NCBI GenBank assembly: GCA_963786955.1
Contig: CAWBAT010000006.1
Span: 576,001-640,000, forward strand
DNA: 64,000 bases
Direction: 5' to 3'
Origin: an uncultured Acidimicrobiia bacterium
Lineage (GTDB): Bacteria; Acidobacteriota; Terriglobia; Versatilivoradales; Versatilivoraceae
The position numbers and the translations under genes are program-made. The notes under the pieces were generated by a model. It was not told the DNA's origin. It made no database searches and saw only the letters and a list, made by a program, of their open reading frames with translations. This document shows, piece by piece, positions 9,427 through 20,566 of this stretch. The stretch's first letter is position 1, and the number at the start of each line of letters is the position of its first letter.

Positions 9427-11391
9427 ATGATCTCTTCCCGGCTCTACCCTAAACTGGAAAACTGCCTACGAATTTTACGACATGGGTGGGTGTTCCCAAT
9501 TCTCGTGGGGCTGACCGCCTGCCATTGGAGCCCTGAAAAGAGCTCCAAGCCATCAACTGTAACCCAATCTCATCATGACCCGCACACTTATGCAAACCCT
9601 GCTGAAGCCACAGTCAGTCACGTCAGCCTGGATTTGGAGGTCCTTTTTGAGAGAAAAATTCTCAAAGGAACAGCGGTCCTGAAGTTGCAAGATTTGGCGA
9701 CGAAACCCTCTCAATTGATTTGCGATACCTCCGAATTACGGATCGAAGCGATCGATACATCAACAATGGAAGGCTCCTTCACCCCGGCTGTCTTCCAACT
9801 CGGTCCCCGTGACCCTATCCTCGGCTCTCCACTTACCATTTCATTACCGCCAAAGACTGGTAAGGTTCGCATCCGTTATGAGACAAGCCCTTCGGCTTCC
9901 GCCCTCCAATGGCTGGATCCCGTTCAGACTTCCGGCAAGAAAATGCCGTTTCTCTATAGTCAATCACAATCGATTTACGCCCGCAGCTGGATCCCGATTC
10001 AGGACTCCCCCAGCCTACGTATGACTTACAGCGCTCACATCCGCACTCCTCAGGGCCTCATGACGGTGATGAGCGCTGACAAGTCGTCCCGATCCAGAGA
10101 AAATGGAGAATTCTTTTTTGAAATGACTCAGCCGATCCCGGCCTATTTAATTGCGATTGCAGTGGGAAACATCGATTTCAGACCTCTCGGTAAGAGAACG
10201 GGAGTTTATGCAGAGCCGGAAATGCTGAACCAGGCTGCACAGGAGTTTTCGGATACCGAAAGAACACTGGAAGTGGCCGAAAGCTTAGTAGGAGTCTATC
10301 GTTGGGGGCGTTATGATCTCCTCGTTCTACCTCCCAGCGCCCCGTATGGAGGGATGGAAAACGCCACTCTCACCTTTGTATCCCCAACCACTTTTACGGG
10401 AGACCGGAGCCTGCTCACGATTGTTGCCCATGAGCTGTCCCATTCCTGGTCGGGTAACCTGGTCACCAATTCTACTTGGAATGACTTCTGGTTAAATGAG
10501 GGGATCACGAACTATATCGAGAATCGAATCATCGAGGCGCTCTACGGGAAAACTCGAGCGGATATGGAAATGATCATCCAAAAACAAGCCCTCGACCAAA
10601 CCATGGCCAACCAGCCGGCTCAAGACAATGCCCTTCATTTGAACCTCGAAGGACAAGACCCTGAAAATGGAGCAACGAATGTCGCCTATGTGAAAGGGGC
10701 GTTATTTCTGAAAACTCTCGAAGAGACCTTTGGGCGCAATCGTTTTGACCCATTTCTTCGTAGTTACTTTAAACATTTTGCATTTCAGAGTGTTTCTTCG
10801 GAAGACTTCGTGGAATATCTGAAATCCAATCTGCTGACGCAATTGCCGGAGTCCTCCAAGGTTTCAAGCCAGGAAGTGCTTTCGTCTATTCATCAGTGGA
10901 TCTATGGTTCGGATCTGCCTGCCAATGCCGCGAAGCTGGATTCCAGCGCGTTAAATGCAGTGAATCAGCAAGCCGATCGATGGGTAGAAAATCAGTTGTC
11001 AACTTCCAAGCTCCAAACCGCGTCCTGGTCTGCCGTGGAATGGGTTCAATTTCTGAAATATCTATCCGAAAAGGTGACCCCTCAAAAGATGCTTGAATTG
11101 GACAAGACCTTCCACTTAACTTCAAATAGCAATTCGGAAATCACCGTAGAATGGTTGTTGCTTGCGATTCAAAAAGACTATCCGAAAGCATTTCCCCGCT
11201 TGGACGAATTTCTATCGACCGTCGGCCGGAACAAGTATTTGAAGCCACTTTACACGGAATTGGCGAAAACCGAGCAAGGGAAGCAACACGCAATTTCAAT
11301 CTATCGTCGAGTTCGGTCTACTTACCATCCCATCACGGCGATGGCCATAGACTCAATTCTAGGGTGGAAAGAAAAGCCGGCAGTTGAATGA
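9427..11391 (+). CDS. M1 family aminopeptidase (leukotriene A4 hydrolase-like), probable lipoprotein
   Basis: GGMEN and HELSH-x18-E zinc motifs, YVKG, LTA4H-like C-terminal VGRNKYLKPLY; lipobox-like LTAC. Confidence 0.92.
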   Translation: MISSRLYPKLENCLRILRHGWVFPILVGLTACHWSPEKSSKPSTVTQSHHDPHTYANPAEATVSHVSLDLEVLFERKILKGTAVLKLQDLATKPSQLICDTSELRIEAIDTSTMEGSFTPAVFQLGPRDPILGSPLTISLPPKTGKVRIRYETSPSASALQWLDPVQTSGKKMPFLYSQSQSIYARSWIPIQDSPSLRMTYSAHIRTPQGLMTVMSADKSSRSRENGEFFFEMTQPIPAYLIAIAVGNIDFRPLGKRTGVYAEPEMLNQAAQEFSDTERTLEVAESLVGVYRWGRYDLLVLPPSAPYGGMENATLTFVSPTTFTGDRSLLTIVAHELSHSWSGNLVTNSTWNDFWLNEGITNYIENRIIEALYGKTRADMEMIIQKQALDQTMANQPAQDNALHLNLEGQDPENGATNVAYVKGALFLKTLEETFGRNRFDPFLRSYFKHFAFQSVSSEDFVEYLKSNLLTQLPESSKVSSQEVLSSIHQWIYGSDLPANAAKLDSSALNAVNQQADRWVENQLSTSKLQTASWSAVEWVQFLKYLSEKVTPQKMLELDKTFHLTSNSNSEITVEWLLLAIQKDYPKAFPRLDEFLSTVGRNKYLKPLYTELAKTEQGKQHAISIYRRVRSTYHPITAMAIDSILGWKEKPAVE

Positions 11392-11515
11392 AGAAAGTAG
11401 CCGTTGTGAATTCATCTTCTTTTTGATACATGAAGACGAGTAAGCTTCACCTGCCTTTAACGTTGATCCATTGGCTCGGGCCCGGATTCGCTTTTGAAGG
11501 AGATTTGGAGAACCC

Positions 11516-12310
11516 ATGAAGATCGAACTAAGCAAGAAAGTGGCCCTGGTGACCGGCGGTGCGAATGGAATAGGCCGGGCCATTGTGGAAAAGTTAATCG
11601 ATAATGGCGCAACGACGTTTCTAGTCGACGTCGATCGTGCAGCCGCAGCAGAGGCTGTTGAAGAATTAAAGAAAGAAGGAAAAACATGTGAGGCTTTGAT
11701 TGGGGATGTGTCCCAAGCAAAGGACATGGAAGACGCAGTCCATACCATAGTGGGTCGCTGTGGACGTATCGATATTCTCGTGAATAATGCTGGTATTAAT
11801 ACCGTCCGCGACCGTGCGCCAATTCATGAGTACTCCAAAGAGGATTGGGATCGGATTCTTCTTGTCGACTTAACCGGAGTTTTTGTGACCAGCCGTGTGG
11901 TAATCCCCGTGATGCTGGAAAACAAAGGTGGAAGAATCGTCAATATCAGCTCCATTGCCGGTCTGGTGCCTCTTCGACTCCAAAGTGCCTTTGTCGCGGC
12001 AAAGGCCGGAGTTGTCAATCTGACTCGTTCTATGGCCCTAGAGCTGGGACCTCGAGGAATTCTTGTGAATGCCGTGGCGCCCGGCTCAACATTAACTCGA
12101 GGAACAGAGGCCCTTTTCTACGGGCCGGACGGAAATTATTCCGAAAAAGCAGCCAGCTTGCTTTCTCATATCCCGCTGGGTCGCCCGGCCCTCCCCGAAG
12201 AAATTGCCTATGCCGTTCTTTTTCTGGTCGCGCCGGAAGCCAGCTATATTAATGGAGCCGTGCTTACGGTGGATGGTGGGTGGACAGCAGGCTACGCAAG
12301 AGAGTGGTAG
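11516..12310 (+). CDS. Short-chain dehydrogenase/reductase
   Basis: TGGANGIG, NNAG, VDGG. The catalytic YxxxK position reads FVAAK. Confidence 0.88.
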   Translation: MKIELSKKVALVTGGANGIGRAIVEKLIDNGATTFLVDVDRAAAAEAVEELKKEGKTCEALIGDVSQAKDMEDAVHTIVGRCGRIDILVNNAGINTVRDRAPIHEYSKEDWDRILLVDLTGVFVTSRVVIPVMLENKGGRIVNISSIAGLVPLRLQSAFVAAKAGVVNLTRSMALELGPRGILVNAVAPGSTLTRGTEALFYGPDGNYSEKAASLLSHIPLGRPALPEEIAYAVLFLVAPEASYINGAVLTVDGGWTAGYAREW

Positions 12311-12357
12311 TCTCATTCGAATAAACTATTTAAATTCATTCCTGAGGAGCGAGATCC

Positions 12358-12774
12358 ATGGCGAAGATTCAAATGTTCAAAGGATACCAGGGGAAATCAC
12401 CTGTTCCTAAACCCAAGGCTTTGGTGAAACCCAATATTGTTACCGTCCAAGATGGAGTGCCTGTAAAGTATCCAGGTTGTGAAGGAATTGGAGTGCGAAT
12501 TGTGCACCCGGTTAACGCGAAAGCACCTTCTAAGAATCTGGGACTTGTGATGTTTTACGTTCCTCCCCACGTTGTGCTCGAACCGGGTTGCCATTACACC
12601 GAGGAATGCTATGTCATTTTAAGAGGCAAGGGGACAATGACGCTGGCACGCAAGAAGGTCGAAGTTCGCGCCGGGATGTTTATTCACCTCCCCTCTTGGT
12701 GTGAACATGGAATTGAAAATACGGGTGAAGAGACTTTGGAGATTTTGATTTGTACAGCTCCTCCAAATCCATAA
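12358..12774 (+). CDS. Cupin-domain protein
   Basis: Cupin motifs HYTEECYVILRGKG and GMFIHLPSWCEHGIEN. Confidence 0.85.
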   Translation: MAKIQMFKGYQGKSPVPKPKALVKPNIVTVQDGVPVKYPGCEGIGVRIVHPVNAKAPSKNLGLVMFYVPPHVVLEPGCHYTEECYVILRGKGTMTLARKKVEVRAGMFIHLPSWCEHGIENTGEETLEILICTAPPNP

Positions 12775-12867
12775 GAACTGATTGCCGCTTGAAGGTAACT
12801 TTTGTAGACTATCCGCGCTTTAGCGCCGACCACTAACGTCACACACCTTACAAGGGGGCTCTTATCA

Positions 12868-14562
12868 ATGCCTGTCAGCAGAACTAGCCTTTCGGGATCA
12901 TTTGCATTTGTCCTCTATTTAGTCCTGAACCTCCCATTTCTCTATGCTGCTGAGGTAACGTCACAAAGATTGCTGGAAGCGGATAAGGAACCGCACAATT
13001 GGTTGACATACGGAGGCACCTACAAAGCCTGGCGTTACAGCCCTCTCGACCAGATCAAGAGGAGCAACATCAAGAAGCTTGTACCGGTATGGACTTTTCA
13101 GACAGGAATCGTGGATGGCGGCTTCCAGACCACGCCTCTCATTGCTGACGGAATCATGTACATTACTTCACCATGGAATCGGATTTTCGCAATCGATGCG
13201 GCGACCGGAAAGGAGCTCTGGCACTATTATTATGCCTACCCTAAGAATTTGAGGCCACCCGATGGCCCTTGGAATCGAGGAGCCGCCTTGGGACACGGCT
13301 TGGTGTTCATGGGAACCAATGACAACAGCCTGGTAGCGGTGGACGCAACCACGGGAAAAGAAGTCTGGAAAATCAATATTGAAAGCCGGGAGCAATGTGG
13401 ATGTGCAATCACCGGGGCTCCCTTGGTTGTAAAGGATAAGGTCGTGGTTGGAGTCACCGGCGGAGATGCGGCTCATCGCGGCTATATAAATGCCTTCGAC
13501 GTCAAAACAGGCCGCAGGGCTTGGCGCTTTTGGACCATCCCCGGCCCGGGTGAGAAAGGGCATGAGACTTGGCCCGGTGACAGCTGGAAAATGGGGGGCG
13601 GTTCGTCCTGGATGACAGGATCTTACGATTCGGAACTCAATTTGATTTATTGGGGAGTGGGGAACCCGGCCGCAGATTTCTACGGTGATGCGCGACGCGG
13701 TGACAATCTTTACACGGATTCAGTCGTCGCCTTAGACGCAGATACAGGTCAACTGAAATGGTACTACCAGGAGATCCCTCACGATGTTTGGGATTGGGAT
13801 TCAGCCTACGAGTCAGTTCTGCTCGATTTGCCGGTAAATGGCACCATGAGAAAAATTCTCGTTAATCCCAACAAGGGGGGTTATACGTGGGTGATTGACA
13901 GGACGAATGGTCAGTTCTTGAATGCCTGGCCATTGGCCGAAACCATTAACTGGATCAAGGGAATCGGCCCCAAGGGGGAATTAATCGGCCGGAATGAGCC
14001 GGTTATCGGCCAACCCACTTTGATCTGCCCCTGCATCGGCGGTGGGCGCAGCTGGAACCATGCGGCTTATAGCCCTAGAACAGGATTCTTCTATTCCACG
14101 GGTCTGGAATGGTGCCAGAACCTCACAGCGCAAAAGGAAGAGCCCAAACAAGGGATGCCTTTCTTTGGTGGTACTTTCGAATTGCGCAAGCCGCCGGACA
14201 AGGAGGCTGGCAGTCACTTCGATGCATACGATCCAGTAACCGGGAAGAAACACTGGACCTATCAGTCAAAATATCCGCTCTTGGCATCGGCTTTGGCAAC
14301 GGGGGGAGACTTGGTCTTTACCGGCGATCCTGAAGGAAACTTTTTCGCACTGGACGCTAAGACCGGAGAGAAGGTTTGGAATTTCAAGACCGGATCAGGG
14401 CACCGGGGTTCACCCGTGACTTACTCTGTCAAAGGCAAACAATACATTGCGGTACCCACGGGTTGGGGGTCTGCTGTGGCCAGTCTGATGGCTCAAATTT
14501 GGCCAGAGGCAGAAGATTTCCCCGGAGGCTGCACATTGTTTGTCTTTGCCTTGACGGAGTGA
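12868..14562 (+). CDS. PQQ-dependent dehydrogenase family (alcohol dehydrogenase-like), periplasmic
   Basis: Signal peptide, NWLTYGG..WRYSPLDQI, repeated AxDxxTGKxxW propeller motifs, IYWGVGNP, GDNLYTDS, HDVWDWD. Confidence 0.92.
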   Translation: MPVSRTSLSGSFAFVLYLVLNLPFLYAAEVTSQRLLEADKEPHNWLTYGGTYKAWRYSPLDQIKRSNIKKLVPVWTFQTGIVDGGFQTTPLIADGIMYITSPWNRIFAIDAATGKELWHYYYAYPKNLRPPDGPWNRGAALGHGLVFMGTNDNSLVAVDATTGKEVWKINIESREQCGCAITGAPLVVKDKVVVGVTGGDAAHRGYINAFDVKTGRRAWRFWTIPGPGEKGHETWPGDSWKMGGGSSWMTGSYDSELNLIYWGVGNPAADFYGDARRGDNLYTDSVVALDADTGQLKWYYQEIPHDVWDWDSAYESVLLDLPVNGTMRKILVNPNKGGYTWVIDRTNGQFLNAWPLAETINWIKGIGPKGELIGRNEPVIGQPTLICPCIGGGRSWNHAAYSPRTGFFYSTGLEWCQNLTAQKEEPKQGMPFFGGTFELRKPPDKEAGSHFDAYDPVTGKKHWTYQSKYPLLASALATGGDLVFTGDPEGNFFALDAKTGEKVWNFKTGSGHRGSPVTYSVKGKQYIAVPTGWGSAVASLMAQIWPEAEDFPGGCTLFVFALTE

Positions 14563-14605
14563 TTTTCTTCTGGCCTGACCAGTAGAGAATGGCGATTTCT
14601 CATGG

Positions 14606-15590
14606 GTGGGGGGGAACTTTAACGTCTTGAAACGACATTTAACATTAGCATGTCTGCTGCTTCTATCCGCTTTTTCCGTTCATGGCGCTCTTTTCCTGAC
14701 TGCGCCACAATCGACTTCTCCACTGTCGGCCTATGATCTCTCCAACCCCGCTTTGGTGGCTCAGGGCGAAGGCCTCTTTGCGCAGAACTGCGCGGTGGGA
14801 TATTGCCATGGTTCTGCAGGACGCGCCGGCCGAGGACCCAGGTTGCGAGGACGAGAATGGGACAAGAATTATCTTTTCCAGGTCACAATGGAAGGTGTGC
14901 CCAATTCTTCGATGCCCGGCTGGAAAGACAGATTTAACGAACAGGAAATCGCTTCGGTCATCGCCTATATTCTGACACTCTCCAAGCCAGGCCCTGAGGC
15001 GCCAGAATCTCCCTTGGTTTCGGCACCTTCTCCCACAACTCAACCGGCCCGAAACGTGGCAGCCACTTCCCCCTCTGCTCCAGTAGGTTCAGCCGCTGTC
15101 GCTACAGCAACGAGTGGCATCGTCGGTGACCCGCAGAAGGGGAAAGTTACTTTTCTTTGATGCGAGCAACGAGATCAATTGCGGATTATGCCATAGGATT
15201 CGAGGAGCAGGAAATGATGTCGGGCCGGACCTCAGCAAACAAAAATCGAGACCGGCCCGCGATATTTTCAAAGACATTTTACTACCGTCTGCTGCCATGA
15301 CGACTGCACGCAAACCTATCAAACTCACAACACATAAGGGTGAGACGATCACTGGCGTTATGTTTGAAGAGAATGCAGCCGAAGTCAAGATTTTCGATCT
15401 GGCAAGCTTACCGGCCGTGCTGAGAACAATGGCTCGGGATCAAGTGCAATCTCTAAAGGATGATAGCCACTCTCCCATGCCTGATCGGTATGCCGAGATC
15501 TATACGGTCCGCCAACTCCTTGATCTCATCGCATTCCTCAAAGATGCCGACCCGAAAACATCTCCGGTTCACTTAACCGATCTTTTTTAG
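14606..15590 (+). CDS. Di-heme c-type cytochrome with putative heme-binding C-terminal domain (frameshift near 15145)
   Basis: Signal peptide; CAVGYCH ... GVPNSSMP; Pro/Ala/Ser linker; GDPQKG / LLFF...CGLCH..GPDLS...SPMP. Confidence 0.82.
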
Positions 15591-15676
15591 AAAAACCCAC
15601 GATGAATGCAACAAGCACATTCATCGTGGCTACCCATGCGCCCTTCGCCCAAACGTCGGAAAAATTGGATATACTC

Positions 15677-15724
15677 GGCTCCCATCGCCCCAGTGCGGGA
15701 GAAGGGGCTGAGGGTGAGGGGGAT
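15677..15724. repeat. Intergenic CCC..GGGAGA.GGGG..GGGTGAGGGG hairpin repeat
   Basis: Similar to the copy at 37024-37064. Confidence 0.6.
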
Positions 15725-15935
15725 CGCACGCCTGTAGATGTCGGACGCCGACGACGAAAAACAAGGCCTCGCAAAATCTCGGCACTCCAGCCGCTAACTT
15801 CGGAATTCGGCTTCAAAGCCCATCCACAGGTTTTTCTCTTTGCGTTTTGGGAATTCTTAGAATACATTCTCGTGGCTAATTCCGAGAGGACTCACATCCG
15901 GCTCTCATAACGCAAGAAGGAGACCAGGTTCAATC

Positions 15936-16895
15936 ATGGTTCTACATCTGACTGAAGAAAATGTGCGTCAATTATTGACGATGCCAATAACCATCGAAGC
16001 CGTGGAAGAAGCATTTCGGTTACTGGGAATCGGGCAGGCCGAAAATCTGCCTCGCCGGCGTCTGCATTCTTCGAAGGGCATGTTCAACATCATGTCGGCC
16101 TCCATTTCTGGCGCCGGATACATGGGATACAAGTGCTACACGGTATTCCCCGGAAAAATGAAATTCCGAATCTTCCTCCACAGCTCGGTCAATGGGGAAT
16201 TACTCGCGATCCTGGATGCAGACTTGCTCGGACAGATGCGCACTGGCGCCGCCTCCGCTGTGGCAACTCGCTGGATGGCGCGCGCCGATAGCCAGATCGT
16301 CGGCATCATTGGAACAGGCTGGCAGGCCCGCAGCCAACTTGAGGCGGTTTGTCAGGTGCGCTCCATCAACAAAGTATTGGCTTATGGCCGCAATGGGCAA
16401 AACTTACAGAAATTTTGCCAGGAGATGCAGGAGAAATTGAAAATAGTCTGTATCGCCGCGCGGTCTCCTGAAGAAGCCGTCGAGGCTGCTGATGTTCTCA
16501 TTACCATCACCAGTTCCGACACGCCCGTGTTCCAAGGAATCAAGCTTCAACCCGGAACCCATGTCAATGCAGCCGGGTCAAATTTTATTGTCAGACGGGA
16601 GCTTGATGAGACGGCCGTGAGAAAGTGTCGATCGATCGTGGTCGATTCAAAGGAACAGGCGAAACTTGAATGCGGGGAGTTTCTCTACCCGTTGGAAAAG
16701 GGACGACTCACCTGGGATCAGATTCGGGAACTCAATGAAGTCGTCACATCAAGGGTATTACCAAGAACAAATCCTAAAGACATCACTCTTTTTAAATCCC
16801 ACGGATTGGCCCTTGAAGATATTGCAGTAGCTGCCCGCGTGCACCAAATGGCGGTCGCGCAAAAGATCGGGGAAAGATTAACGCTAGAGGGTTAA
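15936..16895 (+). CDS. Ornithine cyclodeaminase / mu-crystallin family protein
   Basis: RTGAASAVA, GIIGTGWQA, GTHVNAAGS, ELD, ITLFKSHGLALED. Confidence 0.9.
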   Translation: MVLHLTEENVRQLLTMPITIEAVEEAFRLLGIGQAENLPRRRLHSSKGMFNIMSASISGAGYMGYKCYTVFPGKMKFRIFLHSSVNGELLAILDADLLGQMRTGAASAVATRWMARADSQIVGIIGTGWQARSQLEAVCQVRSINKVLAYGRNGQNLQKFCQEMQEKLKIVCIAARSPEEAVEAADVLITITSSDTPVFQGIKLQPGTHVNAAGSNFIVRRELDETAVRKCRSIVVDSKEQAKLECGEFLYPLEKGRLTWDQIRELNEVVTSRVLPRTNPKDITLFKSHGLALEDIAVAARVHQMAVAQKIGERLTLEG

Positions 16896-16955
16896 TCCGG
16901 TGCTCTTCTCTTTCGATGTGCGCCCGGGCTGCGCCGTCTCCGAGAACACGAATAT

Positions 16956-17040
16956 TAAGTTGCAGAACTCCGCATTTTAGCTGGCGCTGGCCGGGGGGAC
17001 TACCCCGGCTACAGCAATTAACTCGAATTTGCGGAACCTA
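16956..17040. repeat. Degenerate REP-like hairpin, possibly inside a weak TIR shell
   Basis: gccgggg-ggacta-ccccggc-TACA hairpin; weakly complementary ends taagttgcagaactccg / cgaatttgcggaaccta. Confidence 0.4.
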
Positions 17041-17043
17041 GTA

Positions 17044-20000
17044 CTAGGCAACAAGAATCCCCGTGTCCGCGGAGACATCGGTAGCGCCCTCGACAGCCTC
17101 TCTATTGGCCTCAACAACCTCTTCTTGCCTCAAGCTCTGCTCGTATTCTTTCAGCCGCGCTTCGATTTCCTGCTCCTTTTTTCGCCGTTTAATGATCTCT
17201 TCACGGTATCGTCGCAGGAAATAATCGATCGTTTCAACGCGAATCCGTATCGATCCCGACGGCTTATTCTCGTCGAGGTCTTTGAAACAGAAGTACGGAG
17301 TGCCCGATTTTTCGATAATCCCCTCAATGACCCCGTATGTGGGAGCATCGTGGCCGCACTTGAAGTTGGATACTTCCAGCGCGACCAGGTTGGGATGTCT
17401 GGCCGTAAACTTGGCAGCCCAGATCTTGTGATTAGTGCTCGCCGAGTATGAGTTCTTCCAGGCATCGTGGATGTCGAGCGGATGTTTGATGATCCCTGCC
17501 CGCACTTCTTCACCAAACAACCGTTCGAGCAGATCCTCGTCCAGCGGGAGTGTGCTTTGGGAGAAGATCGGATAGCCCAGCTTCTGGAATTCATCCATGA
17601 TCTCGTGATTCAGTCCTGGGTCATGATGATAGGGCCTTCCCAGCATCACAATGCCGATGCGGTCTTCGCGTTCCAGTTGGTCCATCGCTTCACGGGCTTT
17701 CCGCCGAATGCCTTTTTCATACTCTTCCAACGCCTTGAAGCCGGCCTCGATCGCTCTATCGTTTTCCCCCTCGAAACACCCAGAATCGGCTCCCAGGCTT
17801 CGTACATCTGGTAAGCCAGCAATTTTCGATCGGTAAAGTTCAGGATCGGACTCACGTAGGCAATGCCAGCGGAGGCAAAGACGTTGTTCTCTTTCGTATA
17901 CGCTGCCTTCACTGTCTCAGGGGTGGCTGTCACCGTGGGGCAGGCATTGATGCCAGTGAGGTTGACGAGCGACGAATGGAGCACATCAACCATGGGGAAA
18001 AAGATCACCTGGAGTGGCTTATTCTGCGACTTAACCGTTAACAGATTGTGGACGTGCGCGATCCCGATCTTAGCGGGGAAACAGGGATCGATCGCACCCC
18101 GACTCGAACCTGCGCGATACAATTCGCTGCTGGTGTAGTCGGAGTAAATGATGTTTTGGGAGCGGAGTCCCAGGCTCTCAAAATAGGCGTTAAACAGGGG
18201 CGCGTACACGTACTGGTTGAGCACGCGTGGAAGTCCCACGCGAAAGTCCGCGCGTTTCTTCATCAGCTCAACGCGCGCTCGAGTCGCTGCAGAAGTCAAC
18301 CAATTCACTTGTGGCACGGAATCTGCGAGACTCGGCAGATTACGGAACCGGAAGGGCTCGCGGGATGCGATTTCGACGAAGTTCGGATAAGACGCTTTGA
18401 TCGAATCAATGTTGGACTTAATTTCCTTCATCGACTCCAGGTCTTCAACCGTGCCCTTCTCACAGGTGGCAATGATGAGTCTTTGTTCGCCAACCTCCAG
18501 CGGGACTTTAGACACAGGGATGATCGGAACAAAATCCGAAGAGCCCACCGTCTTGACATCGATAAACGTGCGGAGGCAGTTGTTCTTGCAGAAGTTACAA
18601 CGAGTGTCTTCGCTGCGCGTCGAGCGATAACTGATGCTGCGGACTGCATCAAGACCAATGAACGTCGTCTTCAGTCCGTTCATCCAGAGCCTGCGCACTT
18701 CAACTGCCGCTCCAATCGCACCCGACTCTCCGCAATGCTGATGAACGATGATTTCCGGTTCACGACCGGCAGCACGGAAACTGTTGCGGATGAAATCCAC
18801 CTCCGCTTTGACCACGGCCATGTTATTTTGTGTTCCACCTTGCAAAATGAAGCGTGTGCCGAGAGCGGCCAGGTTCGGGACACTGGCCACGTAGAGAAAG
18901 ATGTTCTTCGGCAACACCGCTGCCAGCCCAGCCAGAATCTCCTCTGCGCGCCAGCCTTGGCGCTGGAAGTTGACAATATCCGATTGCATGAATACGGCAC
19001 AGCCGTACCCGAAAAGCGGCATGGCCTGGGCGGCAAAGGCTTTGTCGGCATACTCTTCCACCGGCAAGCTGAAACCCTCAGCCGTTGACTGCAGGAAGTA
19101 GCCGTTGCCAGCGGAGCACTGAGTATTCAACTTGAAGTCCTTGACCCGTCCATTTTTCAGGAGGATTAGTTTGATGTCCTGTCCACCCACATCGACGATG
19201 ACGTGAGGGTCATCATAATACTTGAGCGCCGACTCGGTGTGCGCCACAGTCTCCACCAAGGCCACATCCGCCTTTAAGACGTCCTTCAGAATATCCTTGG
19301 CGTAACCAGTAGTGGCTACCCCGAGGACCTCCATGCTGGAACCCTGCGACTCAACCTGGCACTGCAAGTTGTCGAACATATCGATCGTGTCTTGAATTGG
19401 GTTGCCATTGGAAAGCTGGTAGGCTTTGCAGAGAACGTCGCCGTCTTCGGAGAGCAGCACCGCCTTGGTCGAAGTAGAGCCTCCGTCCACCCCCACGAAA
19501 CCTCGAACCGTCTGCCCTCTGGAAAAATTCGCCGGGATAAATTTCGGGCGACGGTAGGCGGTTTTGAAATTCTCAAGCTCATCCTTGGTTTTTACTAGTC
19601 CCTGGGCGCCCGATTGAGCCTTTTCTCTAGCGCGACCATAATCGATGTAGTAGAGCAGCTTTTCGGTGCCAACGTAACGGCCGACTTCCTCCTCCTCGTC
19701 CCTTCCAAATTCAATGGCTCCGAGAGCGGCAAAATACTGCGCGTTCTCGGGTACTTTGATCAACGCTTCAGGAATGGCCCCATCGGGGATCCGCACCTTG
19801 CGATCTTCCCACATCGTGGGAATATTGGCCTGCCAGGCTTCACGCATGCCGCGAATGAACGTGTTCGGCCCGCCGAGCAAGAGCACATGGGGCAACAGCG
19901 TGTGACCTCGCGTCAAGACCGTCAAGTTCTGTAATACTATGGCTTCAAACAAGGAAGCCATCAGCTCGATGGATGGAGTCCCAACTTTCTGCAGGCTGTT

Positions 20001-20556
20001 GATATCCGTTTCGGCAAAGACCCCACACTTGCCCGCGACTTTGTGCAGCTTGACCCCGTGGTAACACTGCTCACATAGGTCGTTTGGAGGAATTTTCAGC
20101 TTGGCGTTGATCTTGTCGATCACCGCACCCGTTCCTCCGGCGCATTTGTCGTTCATCGAGGGAATCTTCTTCTTGCGGTTACTCTCCTCGTCATTCCGAA
20201 AAATGATAATTTTAGCGTCCTGGCCACCGAGCTCGATAACGGAAAACACTTCCGGATGGAGCTTTTCAACCGCCAGGGAAACTGCCGTGACCTCCTGAAC
20301 GAATTTCGCCCCGATCATTTCGGCCAAAGTGGTGCCACCCGAACCGGTCATGAAGACGCGTGAATTGCCGGTTGTAATACCTACTTCAGTTTCAATCCGC
20401 TGCAGGAATTCCAGGGCCTTCTCCGGCTGCTGGGTCTCATGACGCTGGTAATCCTGCCACAGGATGCGGCCGTTTGCCCGGTTCCGTAACAACCGCCTTT
20501 ACGGTCGTCGATCCCACATCGAGTCCCACCATGTATTGCGGATTGCGAGTCGTCAT
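17044..20556 (-). CDS. CoA-substrate-specific activase: tandem BcrA/BadG/HgdC-type ATPase domains plus DUF2229-like region (frameshifted)
   Basis: GLDVGSTTVK, ELGGQDAK, KCAGGTG, KCGVFAE; second repeat GVDGGSTSTK, DVGGQD, QCSAGNG, GCAVF; CNFCKNNC; DPCFPAK; GRPYHHDP; FKCGHD. Confidence 0.88.
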
Positions 20557-20566
20557 CGTGCTCTCC

